Shown here piece by piece: positions 50,918 through 60,590 of a stretch of 64,000 nt of DNA (the first letter of the stretch is position 1; the number at the start of each line of letters is the position of its first letter). Origin of the DNA: Spirochaetota bacterium (GTDB taxonomy: Bacteria > Spirochaetota > UBA4802 > UBA5550); the NCBI GenBank assembly GCA_963664815.2, contig CAXXHB010000003.1:576001-640000 (forward strand), given 5' to 3'. Both the position numbers and the translations under genes were made by a program. The notes below the pieces were generated by a model. The model did not search any database and was not told where the DNA came from. It saw only the letters and a program-made list of their open reading frames with translations.

Positions 50918-52229
50918 CTCGAGTTAGGCGTTTTTTGGACATAGCTACGCCATGAGTTTTAGTTTTTTATAAATGTCCCTCTTGGAGACACCCTTTTTAT
51001 GCATTATAATCACTTGATCAACGTACTCCCGCTTCTTCATTATTTTGAAATACTGTCGAGATTTCCCAAGACTCTGTTCATTGTTAGCAACTCTCAATGA
51101 TTCAAGTAAAGCATACGCAGCAAATACAAGAGCACAGTATTTTTCTATTGCCTTCAGTTTCCTCATCTGGTATTGACTCATACCAAGACGATCTTTACAA
51201 TAAAGATATCCAACTTCAATATCCCAGCGAAAGCTGTAATATTTCAAGATGCCTTCATTATTCAAGTTCATATCCGTACTAAGGATGAACATTCTAGATC
51301 CGTCCTTGACTCTCTTTGATATCAGTATAATTGCATTACCGATACCTTTCAGCCAGACTTCTATCCGTCTGACTTTGAAGGCTTCATCCTTTAATTTTAC
51401 TTTCTCAAAGGATGAGTTTCTTAAGTTTTTCACATAAGCTGACAGCTTATGTTTTTTACCATGCTCTTTGAACTGGAATACTCTATTGCTCTTAAGCGCT
51501 CCTATAAGTTCAAATTCCCGGTCTTTTACAGCTTTTACGACTTTCTCCGATGTGTACCAGCTATCTACTAAACAGTATATCTTATCTCCCGTAAAAGGTT
51601 CAAACTTATCTATCAATTCACATGCTATATCCGGTTTTGTTTTAAATACTTCTCCGGATTTAGTTGCCACTTTCTCATTTAGATAAAACCGGAAATCATA
51701 TGGGAAAGATATATCCCCTGATCTATAATGACTTGTCACCAAACTGTGACCATATACCGTTCTGCCTTTTGAATGAGAATAATGCCACCCGAGACTTTCT
51801 ATCTTCTTCGGTTTTCCCGGCTTCTCTATCACAGTATCATCTATTATTAAAAAGCCTGTCCCGTTTTTCTTCGCGATACATTTTAAAAAATTCCTGTTAA
51901 CTCTTAAAAGATCTTTACAGGTCCAAGCTGTATCTCTTATAAACTTTATATCATTACTAACATCTCTTGTGTCAACCTGAATGGAGTTGAGACTTGAGAT
52001 TGTATGACGACCATCATATTCTATTATCCCTTTCAGCATCTTAGTAAAATGCCTCATTTGCGGTTTTGAAAAAATTTCTTTCGCCGCTGTAAAATACTTG
52101 TCTTCTGTAATCTGTTGTTTATTTTTTTATTCATTAGAGTTTTTAAAATACTATTCATAATGGGGTAAAAAATTAATACTATTTTTTGCCCCATTATCTT
52201 TTTTCTTTTAAAAAAACGCCTAACTCAAG
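50918..52229 (-). mobile_element. IS701-like insertion sequence, 1312 bp
   Basis: Terminal IRs ctcgagttaggcgtttttt / aaaaaacgcctaactcaag; flanking direct repeat TAATTTT at 50911-50917 and 52230-52236. Confidence 0.9.
50945..52057 (-). CDS. DDE transposase (IS701/IS4 superfamily)
   Basis: IIDDTVIEK, LVDSWY, LKSNR, Y..RWDIE..Y..K motifs; N-terminus appears to extend upstream across a frameshift. Confidence 0.9.
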   Translation of the reverse strand: MRHFTKMLKGIIEYDGRHTISSLNSIQVDTRDVSNDIKFIRDTAWTCKDLLRVNRNFLKCIAKKNGTGFLIIDDTVIEKPGKPKKIESLGWHYSHSKGRTVYGHSLVTSHYRSGDISFPYDFRFYLNEKVATKSGEVFKTKPDIACELIDKFEPFTGDKIYCLVDSWYTSEKVVKAVKDREFELIGALKSNRVFQFKEHGKKHKLSAYVKNLRNSSFEKVKLKDEAFKVRRIEVWLKGIGNAIILISKRVKDGSRMFILSTDMNLNNEGILKYYSFRWDIEVGYLYCKDRLGMSQYQMRKLKAIEKYCALVFAAYALLESLRVANNEQSLGKSRQYFKIMKKREYVDQVIIMHKKGVSKRDIYKKLKLMA

Positions 52230-52368
52230 TAATTTTGTATTCATTCACAATAAATTTAAAAAAAAAGTAATAAAAATGATGCAATATTGAAGATAAACTA
52301 TCATCCTAAATATGCTTTTTTCTTGACTTACGTTTACTTTCATGTATAATATACCGTAAAATTGATTT

Positions 52369-52968
52369 ATGCAAAGGGGTACTATCTTGAAAAGGTTATT
52401 TTTTATAATTGTTATATTTTTTCTTTCCATATCATCATCTTTTGCAGTATTCTTTATGGAAGGCCAGGGTGACTATACTTCTACCGGGGATTATAATTCT
52501 GTAAAAGGTTTTGGATTAGGAATGGGATTTGATCTTACCAGTGATTTGAATTTTTTATTAAGGGTTGATACTGCTGAAGCAACTGAAAATAAGAGTAAAG
52601 CAAATGAAATAAATTATTCACTGGATAGTTATACCGCAGGTATTGAATTTATTCCTCAGATAGCGGCTATAGAAAAGTACAGGCTTTGCTGGAAAAACTC
52701 TATAAATGTTGGTGTATCCAAATTTGATTACAGGCAGAAAAATTCAGGATCATCAGATACAACATTTGATGATATGGGTACGTTTGTCTCATTAAAAACA
52801 GGGATTCAGTTTAATTTTACGCAATATATTGCACCGTACTTTGATCTTGGATTTCATAAAACATATTCCTGGTCAACATCACCTGACGCAACAATACAGG
52901 GATGGCAGGCTGATTTAGGTGTAAGATTTTATTTCGGAGGAAGCAGGGATTATATCACAGGTTATTAA
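52369..52968 (+). CDS. outer-membrane beta-barrel protein
   Basis: Signal peptide (likely TTG start at 52387); about 8 strands; GWQADLGVRFYF terminal strand. Confidence 0.7.
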   Translation: MQRGTILKRLFFIIVIFFLSISSSFAVFFMEGQGDYTSTGDYNSVKGFGLGMGFDLTSDLNFLLRVDTAEATENKSKANEINYSLDSYTAGIEFIPQIAAIEKYRLCWKNSINVGVSKFDYRQKNSGSSDTTFDDMGTFVSLKTGIQFNFTQYIAPYFDLGFHKTYSWSTSPDATIQGWQADLGVRFYFGGSRDYITGY

Positions 52969-52999
52969 TTTGTATCTTTTTAAAATATTTATATACATA

Positions 53000-53043
53000 T
53001 ATAATATAAAAGCTCAGGGAATACCCTGAGCTTTTATATTATA
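53000..53043. terminator. 20-bp perfect hairpin terminator
   Basis: tataatataaaagctcaggg-aata-ccctgagcttttatattata. Confidence 0.8.
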
Positions 53044-53186
53044 ATTAAAGTTCAAGAATATCTTTATTTCGATAAGTACACCAGAACTTTTTTTGCTTTA
53101 TAAAAGTTGATGAATAAATGCAGGTTAATAATTGACATTTATAAAAAAAGGATTAATTTATAATTATAGTCAGTAAAAGGTTTTAG

Positions 53187-54596
53187 ATGAAAAGTGGATT
53201 GAATATAGGATTAAAACAGACTCAGAAACTTATAATGACACAAACTTTGAGGCAGTCAATAGAGATGCTTCAGATGACAAATATAGAACTATCCGAATTG
53301 ATTTCAAATGAGTTCCTTGAGAATCCTCTTCTTGAGGAGATAACAGCAAATCAGAGTGAAGATTACCTTGAGGAAAAACTTAACAAAAATCTAAATGGAG
53401 AAGAGAGTGATACCGCCGATTCTCCAGAGAAGGAAATATATGATGATCCTAATGAGAGTGGTGTAAACAGGCATTACGAAGATGAAGACAGGAACAGGTT
53501 GTTTATCGAAAATGCAGTATCGACAAAAGAGAGTTTAAAAGAACATCTTCTCTGGCAGGCAACAATGACAGCTGAAACATCTGATGAGCTTGCTGTATAT
53601 GAAGAAATTATTACGATGCTTGATGATGATGGTTTTTTAAAGGAAAGCTCTTTTGAAAGCCTGGGGGATTCAAAAAAATCAGATGTGCTTTACAATATTC
53701 ACCAGTTTGATCCGGTAGGTTGTGCTGCGTTTTCTATGCAGGAATCGTTACATATTCAATCCTGTTATTTTTTCCCTGAAGATACCCTTCTGCATGAAAT
53801 GATTTCAGAGCACTTTAATGAACTTGAAAAACTTGATTATATGCGGATATCAAAGGCTCTTGGGATCCCGGAAAATATTGTAATAGAGAAGAGTAAAACC
53901 CTCCATAATCTGAATCCGTTTCCCGGAAGGTCATATTCCGGAAAAGAAGCACGTCCGGTAATACCTGATGTTGAAGTTAAACTGGTTGATGATGAGATAA
54001 TTGTAACTTTGAATGATGACTGGGTTCCCGGAATCCGTCTGAGTGGTTATTATGTGAATCTGCTTAAAAAAATCGGCATTGATAAAGAACAGCGTGAATA
54101 TTTAAATTCAAAGCTCCAGTCTGCGATGGCTTTATTAAAAAATATTTCAACAAGAAGAAATACTATTTTAAAGGTTACTTCTGCTATTATGACGAGCCAG
54201 AGACTGTTTCTTGAAAAAGGACCTGGACATTTGAAGTATCTGACTCATCATGACATTGCCGAAGAGGTGAATGTACATGAATCGACCGTAAGTCGTGTAT
54301 CAAGCGGTAAATATATACAGACTTCATGGGGAGTTTTCGAAATGAAATACTTTTTTGTTTCGCGTATTAAAAAAACCGGATATAATGAGGATGATCAGTC
54401 TTCGGATAAAGTCAAGGGGATGATTCAGGAGATAATCAGCAGAGAAAACTCTGATTACCCGGTAAGTGATGAAGAGGTAGTTAACCTTTTAAAGGAAAAA
54501 GGAATAACTGTCGCTCGAAGAACAATTGCGAAGTACAGGGATATGTTAAATATCCCTGCTTCAAATAAAAGAAAAAAGATTAATATGATCAAGTAA
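53187..54596 (+). CDS. rpoN: RNA polymerase sigma-54
   Basis: LRQSIEMLQ, ENPLLE, HESTVSR and RpoN box ARRTIAKYR. Confidence 0.97.
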   Translation: MKSGLNIGLKQTQKLIMTQTLRQSIEMLQMTNIELSELISNEFLENPLLEEITANQSEDYLEEKLNKNLNGEESDTADSPEKEIYDDPNESGVNRHYEDEDRNRLFIENAVSTKESLKEHLLWQATMTAETSDELAVYEEIITMLDDDGFLKESSFESLGDSKKSDVLYNIHQFDPVGCAAFSMQESLHIQSCYFFPEDTLLHEMISEHFNELEKLDYMRISKALGIPENIVIEKSKTLHNLNPFPGRSYSGKEARPVIPDVEVKLVDDEIIVTLNDDWVPGIRLSGYYVNLLKKIGIDKEQREYLNSKLQSAMALLKNISTRRNTILKVTSAIMTSQRLFLEKGPGHLKYLTHHDIAEEVNVHESTVSRVSSGKYIQTSWGVFEMKYFFVSRIKKTGYNEDDQSSDKVKGMIQEIISRENSDYPVSDEEVVNLLKEKGITVARRTIAKYRDMLNIPASNKRKKINMIK

Positions 54597-54607
54597 CAGG
54601 AGAGCTT

Positions 54608-55411
54608 ATGAAGATTAAAATTACAGGAAGACACATTGATGTATCTGAAAGGCTCAAGGAGTATGCTGAAAAAAGAATTTCAAAACTTGAAAAATATTTT
54701 CAGCAATTGATTGACATTCACCTTATTCTTTATGTCGAAAAGCTGGATCATGCGGCTGAACTGGTAATTAATGGAGATTCAGTTCAGTTTCATGCAAGGG
54801 AAAAAGCTGCGGATTTATATTCAGCTATTGATTTGCTCGTTGATAAAATGGAATCACAGATTTGTCGTTTTAAAGAAAAGATTCAGTCCAGAAAAGGGCA
54901 TGGTGCGGAAATTGATCTGTCATTTGATATAAAGAATGATATGGGGACAGAAGCAGTTCTTACACAGGTAAGCAGCAGGCCGGTTAATAATATAGAAGCA
55001 TTTCTGCAGATGAAAGTTAATAAGAAGGATTTTATACTTTTTAAAAAAGGTGTAGATACAATTGAGAGTGAGGTGGATTATGCAAATAAAAATTATGCTG
55101 TCATTTATAAAAGCGGCGCTGTTTTTAAACTTGTAGAGATTCCTTTTGAAAATCATAAAGGGAGTGAGTTCAATGCAGATACTTTTGTTGAATATGAACT
55201 TGATGTGAAAGATGAATCGGCATTAAATCCTAAAATTGATTTTAAAAAGGGTGGCGCCTGCAATATAGGTAAACATACTCTTAATGAAGCATTTGATTTT
55301 TTTGAAAAATCAGATGAAATTTACATGCCTTTTTTCAATACCGAAACAAGATATTTCAACATTTTGAGCCGAAGTGGAAAAAAACTGGAAGTGCTGGTGC
55401 CTGCATTTTAA
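54608..55411 (+). CDS. hpf: ribosome hibernation factor (long HPF) with extended C-terminus
   Basis: IKITGRHID..YAEKRISKLEKYF..DLYSAIDLLVDK; 267 aa. Confidence 0.88.
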   Translation: MKIKITGRHIDVSERLKEYAEKRISKLEKYFQQLIDIHLILYVEKLDHAAELVINGDSVQFHAREKAADLYSAIDLLVDKMESQICRFKEKIQSRKGHGAEIDLSFDIKNDMGTEAVLTQVSSRPVNNIEAFLQMKVNKKDFILFKKGVDTIESEVDYANKNYAVIYKSGAVFKLVEIPFENHKGSEFNADTFVEYELDVKDESALNPKIDFKKGGACNIGKHTLNEAFDFFEKSDEIYMPFFNTETRYFNILSRSGKKLEVLVPAF

Positions 55412-55418
55412 AATCCCC

Positions 55419-55450
55419 GCTATTTCCGGAGTAAAAGCTCCGGAAATAGC
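55419..55450 (+). terminator. hairpin after hpf
   Basis: gctatttccggag-taaaag-ctccggaaatagc 13-bp stem. Confidence 0.65.
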
Positions 55451-55567
55451 ATTTCAATACAATAAAGTTAATAATATTTTTAAAAGTATTGGAATATAAA
55501 TAATGATTTTTTATAAACTTAAGCTTTTTTTGCTGGAAAGAAATCCATATCATGAGAAAATAATGCC

Positions 55568-56512
55568 ATGGGAAAGGTAACATTAAGATATTTTATTGAA
55601 GGAATCGGGAGAATTGATCTTCAACTTCGTCTTCTGGCCGGGGAAGGTGGGCTTGATAAAGAGATTAAGTCTGGTGAAATAAATCGGCCTGGTCTTGCAC
55701 TTGCAGGTTTTTTTGACTATTTTGCATATGAAAGAATTCAGATTTTTGGTCAGGGTGAAACAGCTTTTATGACACAGCTCAGTCATGAGCATAAAGTTAA
55801 AGTGTATGATGAATTCTTCAGCTATCCGGTTTTCTGCTGCGTTTTTACATATGAATTCAGACCTGATGATCTTTTCCTTGAATACGCTGAAAAAAATAAT
55901 GTACCAATTTTTCTTTCGAAGAGAGGGACTACAAGGTTTATTACGCTTTTTGTGCATGTTATTGATGAGATTTTTGCTGAGAGTGTAACTATGCATGCTA
56001 CACTTGTTGATGTCTTTGGTGTTGGTGTTCTTCTTACCGGTAAAAGTGGAGTTGGGAAGAGTGAGACAGCCCTTGAGTTGATTGAACGGGGACATCGGCT
56101 TGTTGGTGATGATATGATTGTCATTAAGAAAATTGACGAATCGTTACTTATGGGAGGCGGTTCAGAGATATTAAAGCATCATATCGAAATACGTGGTATC
56201 GGGATAGTAAATGTGCGTGAAATTTTCGGGATAAGGTCTGTAAGAAACAGAAAGCGTATTGAAATGGTAATACTTCTTGAAGAATGGGATTCTACAGTGG
56301 AGTATGACAGGCTTGGTCTTGATGAGAAAAAATTTACAATTCTGGATATTGATGTTCCGTATATAACCGTTCCTGTTCGTCCGGGAAGAAATATTCCAAT
56401 TATTATTGAAACTGCAGCATTGAATCAGAGACTGAAGAAAGTAGGAATTAATTCCGCCAGAGAACTGGATGAACGGATAAAAAAATGGATTATCTCAGAG
56501 GGTGGGAAGTAA
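55568..56512 (+). CDS. hprK: HPr kinase/phosphorylase
   Basis: NRPGLALAG, GKSGVGKSETAL, GHRLVGDD, EIRGIGI, PVRPGRN. Confidence 0.96.
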   Translation: MGKVTLRYFIEGIGRIDLQLRLLAGEGGLDKEIKSGEINRPGLALAGFFDYFAYERIQIFGQGETAFMTQLSHEHKVKVYDEFFSYPVFCCVFTYEFRPDDLFLEYAEKNNVPIFLSKRGTTRFITLFVHVIDEIFAESVTMHATLVDVFGVGVLLTGKSGVGKSETALELIERGHRLVGDDMIVIKKIDESLLMGGGSEILKHHIEIRGIGIVNVREIFGIRSVRNRKRIEMVILLEEWDSTVEYDRLGLDEKKFTILDIDVPYITVPVRPGRNIPIIIETAALNQRLKKVGINSARELDERIKKWIISEGGK

Positions 56513-56775
56513 TGATTGAAAAAGACGTTGTAGTAAATAGTGATGCAGGTATTCATGCGAGACCTGCAATGATGATTGTTCGGGAGGCTATGAAGTATCC
56601 CTGTGATATCACTCTGATTAAAGATAATGTAGAAGCGGATGGGAAATCAATCATGTCAGTTCTGGGTCTTGCAATAATTTCCGGATCAAAGCTGACAATA
56701 AGAGCAAGTGGTGAAGGGGAACTTGAACTTGTAAGTTATATACTAAACCTTATAGAGAATGATTTTAAGGTCTGA
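56512..56775 (+). CDS. ptsH: phosphocarrier protein HPr
   Basis: GIHARPA (His15) and DGKSIMSVL (Ser46); ATG overlaps the hprK stop. Confidence 0.93.
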   Translation: MIEKDVVVNSDAGIHARPAMMIVREAMKYPCDITLIKDNVEADGKSIMSVLGLAIISGSKLTIRASGEGELELVSYILNLIENDFKV

Positions 56776-56804
56776 AAAATAAAATATCTCTCCAGGAAGT
56801 CATT

Positions 56805-58577
56805 TTGTCTCCAGACAAAAAGAAAACTAAAAACACCAATTCAATACAGGATATTTTATTTCTTGTAGGTATTGTAATTTTTTCATCGATATTGATAATT
56901 GGACTTTTTCCCGGTAGATTAAATGCCGGGCTTGTCGATGAAAACTTCTTCATAACAACTATGATGACTATTCCCATCATTGCAGGGATTTACTTAATAG
57001 TTATGTCCTTCAGGAGAAGTATTAATATAAACTCTGTCGACATCCCTGCAAGCATCAAAAAAAAAATGACTATCTCCTTTGTTTTTATTGCAGTATTGTC
57101 AGCAATGCCGATTGTCCTGATATCAAGCAATTATTTTAATAAAAGCCTTTCAAAAATGTTCAGTGGACGAACAATGAAAGCACTTGATGTATCGGTTGAA
57201 CTTACCCATGGAATATATAATGGTATAGAGAAAGAGGTTAAATCGGAACTTGAAAAAGTCAGATTTTTACTTGATAATTTCATGATTATGACTACAAAAA
57301 CTGATCTTGAGAAAATTACCGGCTCCTATAAAAATGCTGCATTGAAAATTATTTTTTTTAAGGTGGTCGATGGTAAACTGTCTATTGTAGAAAATGAACA
57401 ATCTCATTTAACTGAGGATAAATGGAAAATATACCAGTTTTATGGTAATATAAAATCGTCCGGAATCAGAACAGACAGAATAGAGATTGACGGGAGGGAT
57501 CTTATAAGTGGCATGTTTCGCTATCAGGATCTTATGGTTGTAGTTTATCTTCCCATCTCTGCGGAATTTAAAATGACTGAAAATCTGTTTAAAAATGCGA
57601 GAGAGGATTACCGGATAATTGAAAACCAGAAAGAGTATTTTGAAAGCGGAACCGGATCATTTTTAATGTTAATATCGATAATTATTGTCGGTATTGCTTA
57701 TCTTATAGGCTTGTATATATCTGAAAATATTACAAAACCGGTTCTTGAACTTTCATCAGCTTCAAAGCAGATAGCCATGGGGAATAATAAATTATTTATT
57801 GAGAAAAAGAGTGATGATGAGATCGGTGTGCTGGTTGATGCATTCAACTTAATGGCGAAGCAGCTCGATGAAAACCAGAAGTTTATGTTTCAGCGACAGA
57901 AACTTGAGGCATGGAATGAAATGGCGAGAAAGCTTGTACATGAGATAAAGAATCCTCTTACGCCAATAAGGTTGTCAGCTGAAAGGATGAGAAAGCTGGT
58001 TAAAGAGGGAAATCCTGATATGGGGAAGGCTGTTATCACAGGTACGGAAATGATAATAACGGAAGTAAATTCATTGTTAAAGCTTGTTGGTGATTTTAAT
58101 AACTTCGCCAGGCTCCCTGTAAAAAAAGCGGAACTTTCAAATATCAATAGTCTAATTGATGAAAGCATACTTCTCTTCCAGGGTTATGAGAATGTTGAAT
58201 TCAGATTTGTCAGGGATGAAAGCCTGTCCGATATCCTGCTTGACCGGGGTCTTTTCAGACAGGCGATAAATAATATAATAACAAATTCGATTCAGGCTTT
58301 TTCAGCAAACGGACTGATAACAGTTTTAACCGATATGGATAATTCTGGTCTGTATCAGACTGTGAAGATAAAGGATAACGGACCGGGTATAAGGGAAGGT
58401 GATATTGATCGAATATTTGAACCCGGTTTTACAATGAAAAAAAGCGGTACCGGACTTGGACTTGCAATTGTTGAGAAGGTTGTTTTCGAACATGGCGGCA
58501 AAATTTACTGCCGTTCAACGGAAGGTCAGGGTGCCGAATTTATACTGATGTTTCCAAATCAGACAGGAGTAGTATAA
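56805..58577 (+). CDS. NtrY-like membrane sensor histidine kinase
   Basis: Several N-terminal TMs, HAMP (DEIGVLVDAFNLM), AWNEMARKLVHEIKNPLTPIRLSAE, G boxes. Confidence 0.88.
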   Translation: MSPDKKKTKNTNSIQDILFLVGIVIFSSILIIGLFPGRLNAGLVDENFFITTMMTIPIIAGIYLIVMSFRRSININSVDIPASIKKKMTISFVFIAVLSAMPIVLISSNYFNKSLSKMFSGRTMKALDVSVELTHGIYNGIEKEVKSELEKVRFLLDNFMIMTTKTDLEKITGSYKNAALKIIFFKVVDGKLSIVENEQSHLTEDKWKIYQFYGNIKSSGIRTDRIEIDGRDLISGMFRYQDLMVVVYLPISAEFKMTENLFKNAREDYRIIENQKEYFESGTGSFLMLISIIIVGIAYLIGLYISENITKPVLELSSASKQIAMGNNKLFIEKKSDDEIGVLVDAFNLMAKQLDENQKFMFQRQKLEAWNEMARKLVHEIKNPLTPIRLSAERMRKLVKEGNPDMGKAVITGTEMIITEVNSLLKLVGDFNNFARLPVKKAELSNINSLIDESILLFQGYENVEFRFVRDESLSDILLDRGLFRQAINNIITNSIQAFSANGLITVLTDMDNSGLYQTVKIKDNGPGIREGDIDRIFEPGFTMKKSGTGLGLAIVEKVVFEHGGKIYCRSTEGQGAEFILMFPNQTGVV

Positions 58578-59938
58578 TGGCCAGAATACTTATCGTTGAC
58601 GATGAAGTGAATATCATTAACTCAATGACCCCGATTCTGCAGGATGAGGGCCATATTGTTTTTTCAGGAAATTCAGGAGAAGAGGCGATTTCATTTTTAA
58701 AAAAGAATGATGTTGACCTCATTATACTTGATGTGTGGCTTCCTGATGCTGATGGTATAGAGTTGCTGGAAAGAATAAAAAAATTATATCCCGAATCTGC
58801 TGCTATCATGATAAGCGGGCATGGATCCATTGATATTGCTGTCAGGTCTACAAGGATGGGGGCATTTGATTTTCTAGAGAAACCGCCATCTCTCGACAGG
58901 CTTGTAACTTCAGTTAACAATGCGCTGGAGCAGGTGAGATTAAGGCGGGAAAATATTAAACTCAGAAAGAAATCATTTGTTGATGATGAAATGATTGGTA
59001 ATTCAGATAATGTTAGTGAAATAAAAGAGATAATCAGAAGAGCTGCGAAGACTAATGCAAGAGTACTGATTACAGGAGAAAGCGGGACCGGTAAAGAACT
59101 TGTTGCTAAAGCAATTTATCAGTTGTCTAACAGGTCTGATAAGCCGTTTTTAAAAATGAATTGTGCAGCTATTCCTGATGAGCTTATTGAGAGTGAATTG
59201 TTCGGGCATGAGAAGGGTTCTTTTACCGGTGCGGTTGGAAGAAGACTCGGGAAATTTGAGCTTGCAGATGGCGGCACTCTTTTCCTTGACGAAGTCTGTG
59301 ATATGAGCTTGTCGGCTCAGGCTAAAGTGCTCCGGGTACTCCAGGAACAACAATTTGAAAGGGTGGGTGGCAATGAAACAATTACTGTTGATGTGCGTGT
59401 GATTGCTGCTACGAATGTTGATATTACAAAGGCGATTGAAGATGGTAAGTTCAGGGAAGATCTCTATTACAGACTGAATGTCATACCGATACATGTACCT
59501 AAACTCTCAGATAGAAAAGAAGACATAGAGGTGTTGATTAACTATTTTGTAGAAAAATTTTCACAGGAGCATGGAACAGGTAAAAAAAATATAACTGATG
59601 ACGGCATGGATTTTCTGAAGCAATATCCATGGCCTGGGAACGTAAGGGAACTGAAAAATATTATCGAACGTGTTGTTATAATGGTTTCCACGGAAGACAT
59701 AAAGGCTGATGATATTAAAAAAAATCTCGGCGCTGTTCCGAAAGAGTCAAATCGTGAAGTCAATACTACCGGCGGATCATTAAAGGATTCACGCGAAGCC
59801 TTTGAAAGAGAATACATTATAGCCTCGCTAAAAAAAAATGACAATAATATATCGGCAACTGCAAAAGAACTTGAAATAGAAAGAACCAATCTTCATAGAA
59901 AGATAAAGCAGTTTAATATAAATGTTGAAAAGCTATAA
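58577..59938 (+). CDS. sigma-54-dependent response regulator (NtrX-like)
   Basis: REC, GESGTGKE, GSFTGA, FLDEV, WPGNVREL, HTH. Confidence 0.92.
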   Translation: MARILIVDDEVNIINSMTPILQDEGHIVFSGNSGEEAISFLKKNDVDLIILDVWLPDADGIELLERIKKLYPESAAIMISGHGSIDIAVRSTRMGAFDFLEKPPSLDRLVTSVNNALEQVRLRRENIKLRKKSFVDDEMIGNSDNVSEIKEIIRRAAKTNARVLITGESGTGKELVAKAIYQLSNRSDKPFLKMNCAAIPDELIESELFGHEKGSFTGAVGRRLGKFELADGGTLFLDEVCDMSLSAQAKVLRVLQEQQFERVGGNETITVDVRVIAATNVDITKAIEDGKFREDLYYRLNVIPIHVPKLSDRKEDIEVLINYFVEKFSQEHGTGKKNITDDGMDFLKQYPWPGNVRELKNIIERVVIMVSTEDIKADDIKKNLGAVPKESNREVNTTGGSLKDSREAFEREYIIASLKKNDNNISATAKELEIERTNLHRKIKQFNINVEKL

Positions 59939-60590
59939 TATAACAGATTCATTAATTGGCATCTTAAAAGACAGAAAATTGATGAAGAGCGCTCTGCTGT
60001 ATAGAGGGGATGAAGAATTAAACCTGCTTTTAAGTATTCTCAGGAAAAACTCCGGTGAAAATGAGCTGCAAGTTGTAAGTGAGATTACTGTAGAATCATT
60101 AATCCGCGAATGTAAAAACTGTCCTGATATAATTGAAAGAAAATCTCCTTTTGGCTCAGGATCAAACAGAGTAATGATAATATTGAATGCGCCAAGGATG
60201 GCTAACAGAATTGAAATCAGTATCCACAGGACGGAATCTGTAAATCTTCTGAAAAAAATGGTTTCTGCAATTGGGCTTGAAATGAAAGAATGTTATGTGA
60301 CTAACCTGATAAAATGTGAAACAGGCAGCGCTTTGCTTAAGCCGAGCGATATGGTTAAAAACTGTATCAAAGTACTTCAGAAAGAAATTGAAATTATCAG
60401 ACCGGAACTGGTAATCGTTATGGGTGAAATACTACCTGTCCAGGGAATAATAAATTCGAGCAAGGGTATCACATGGTTTAATACAGAGCACACCATATCT
60501 CTTATTAAAAACCCCGAATTGAAACGATCTGCATGGGAAACATTAAAACTTGTAAGGAAAAAATTTCTGGAACTGCAGAATGAAGCGTGA
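59922..60590 (+). CDS. family-4 uracil-DNA glycosylase-like protein, degenerate
   Basis: CKNC, YVTNLIKC, C..L.KEI.IIRP.LVIVMG; GEAPG and HP motifs are altered. Confidence 0.68.
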   Translation: MLKSYNITDSLIGILKDRKLMKSALLYRGDEELNLLLSILRKNSGENELQVVSEITVESLIRECKNCPDIIERKSPFGSGSNRVMIILNAPRMANRIEISIHRTESVNLLKKMVSAIGLEMKECYVTNLIKCETGSALLKPSDMVKNCIKVLQKEIEIIRPELVIVMGEILPVQGIINSSKGITWFNTEHTISLIKNPELKRSAWETLKLVRKKFLELQNEA

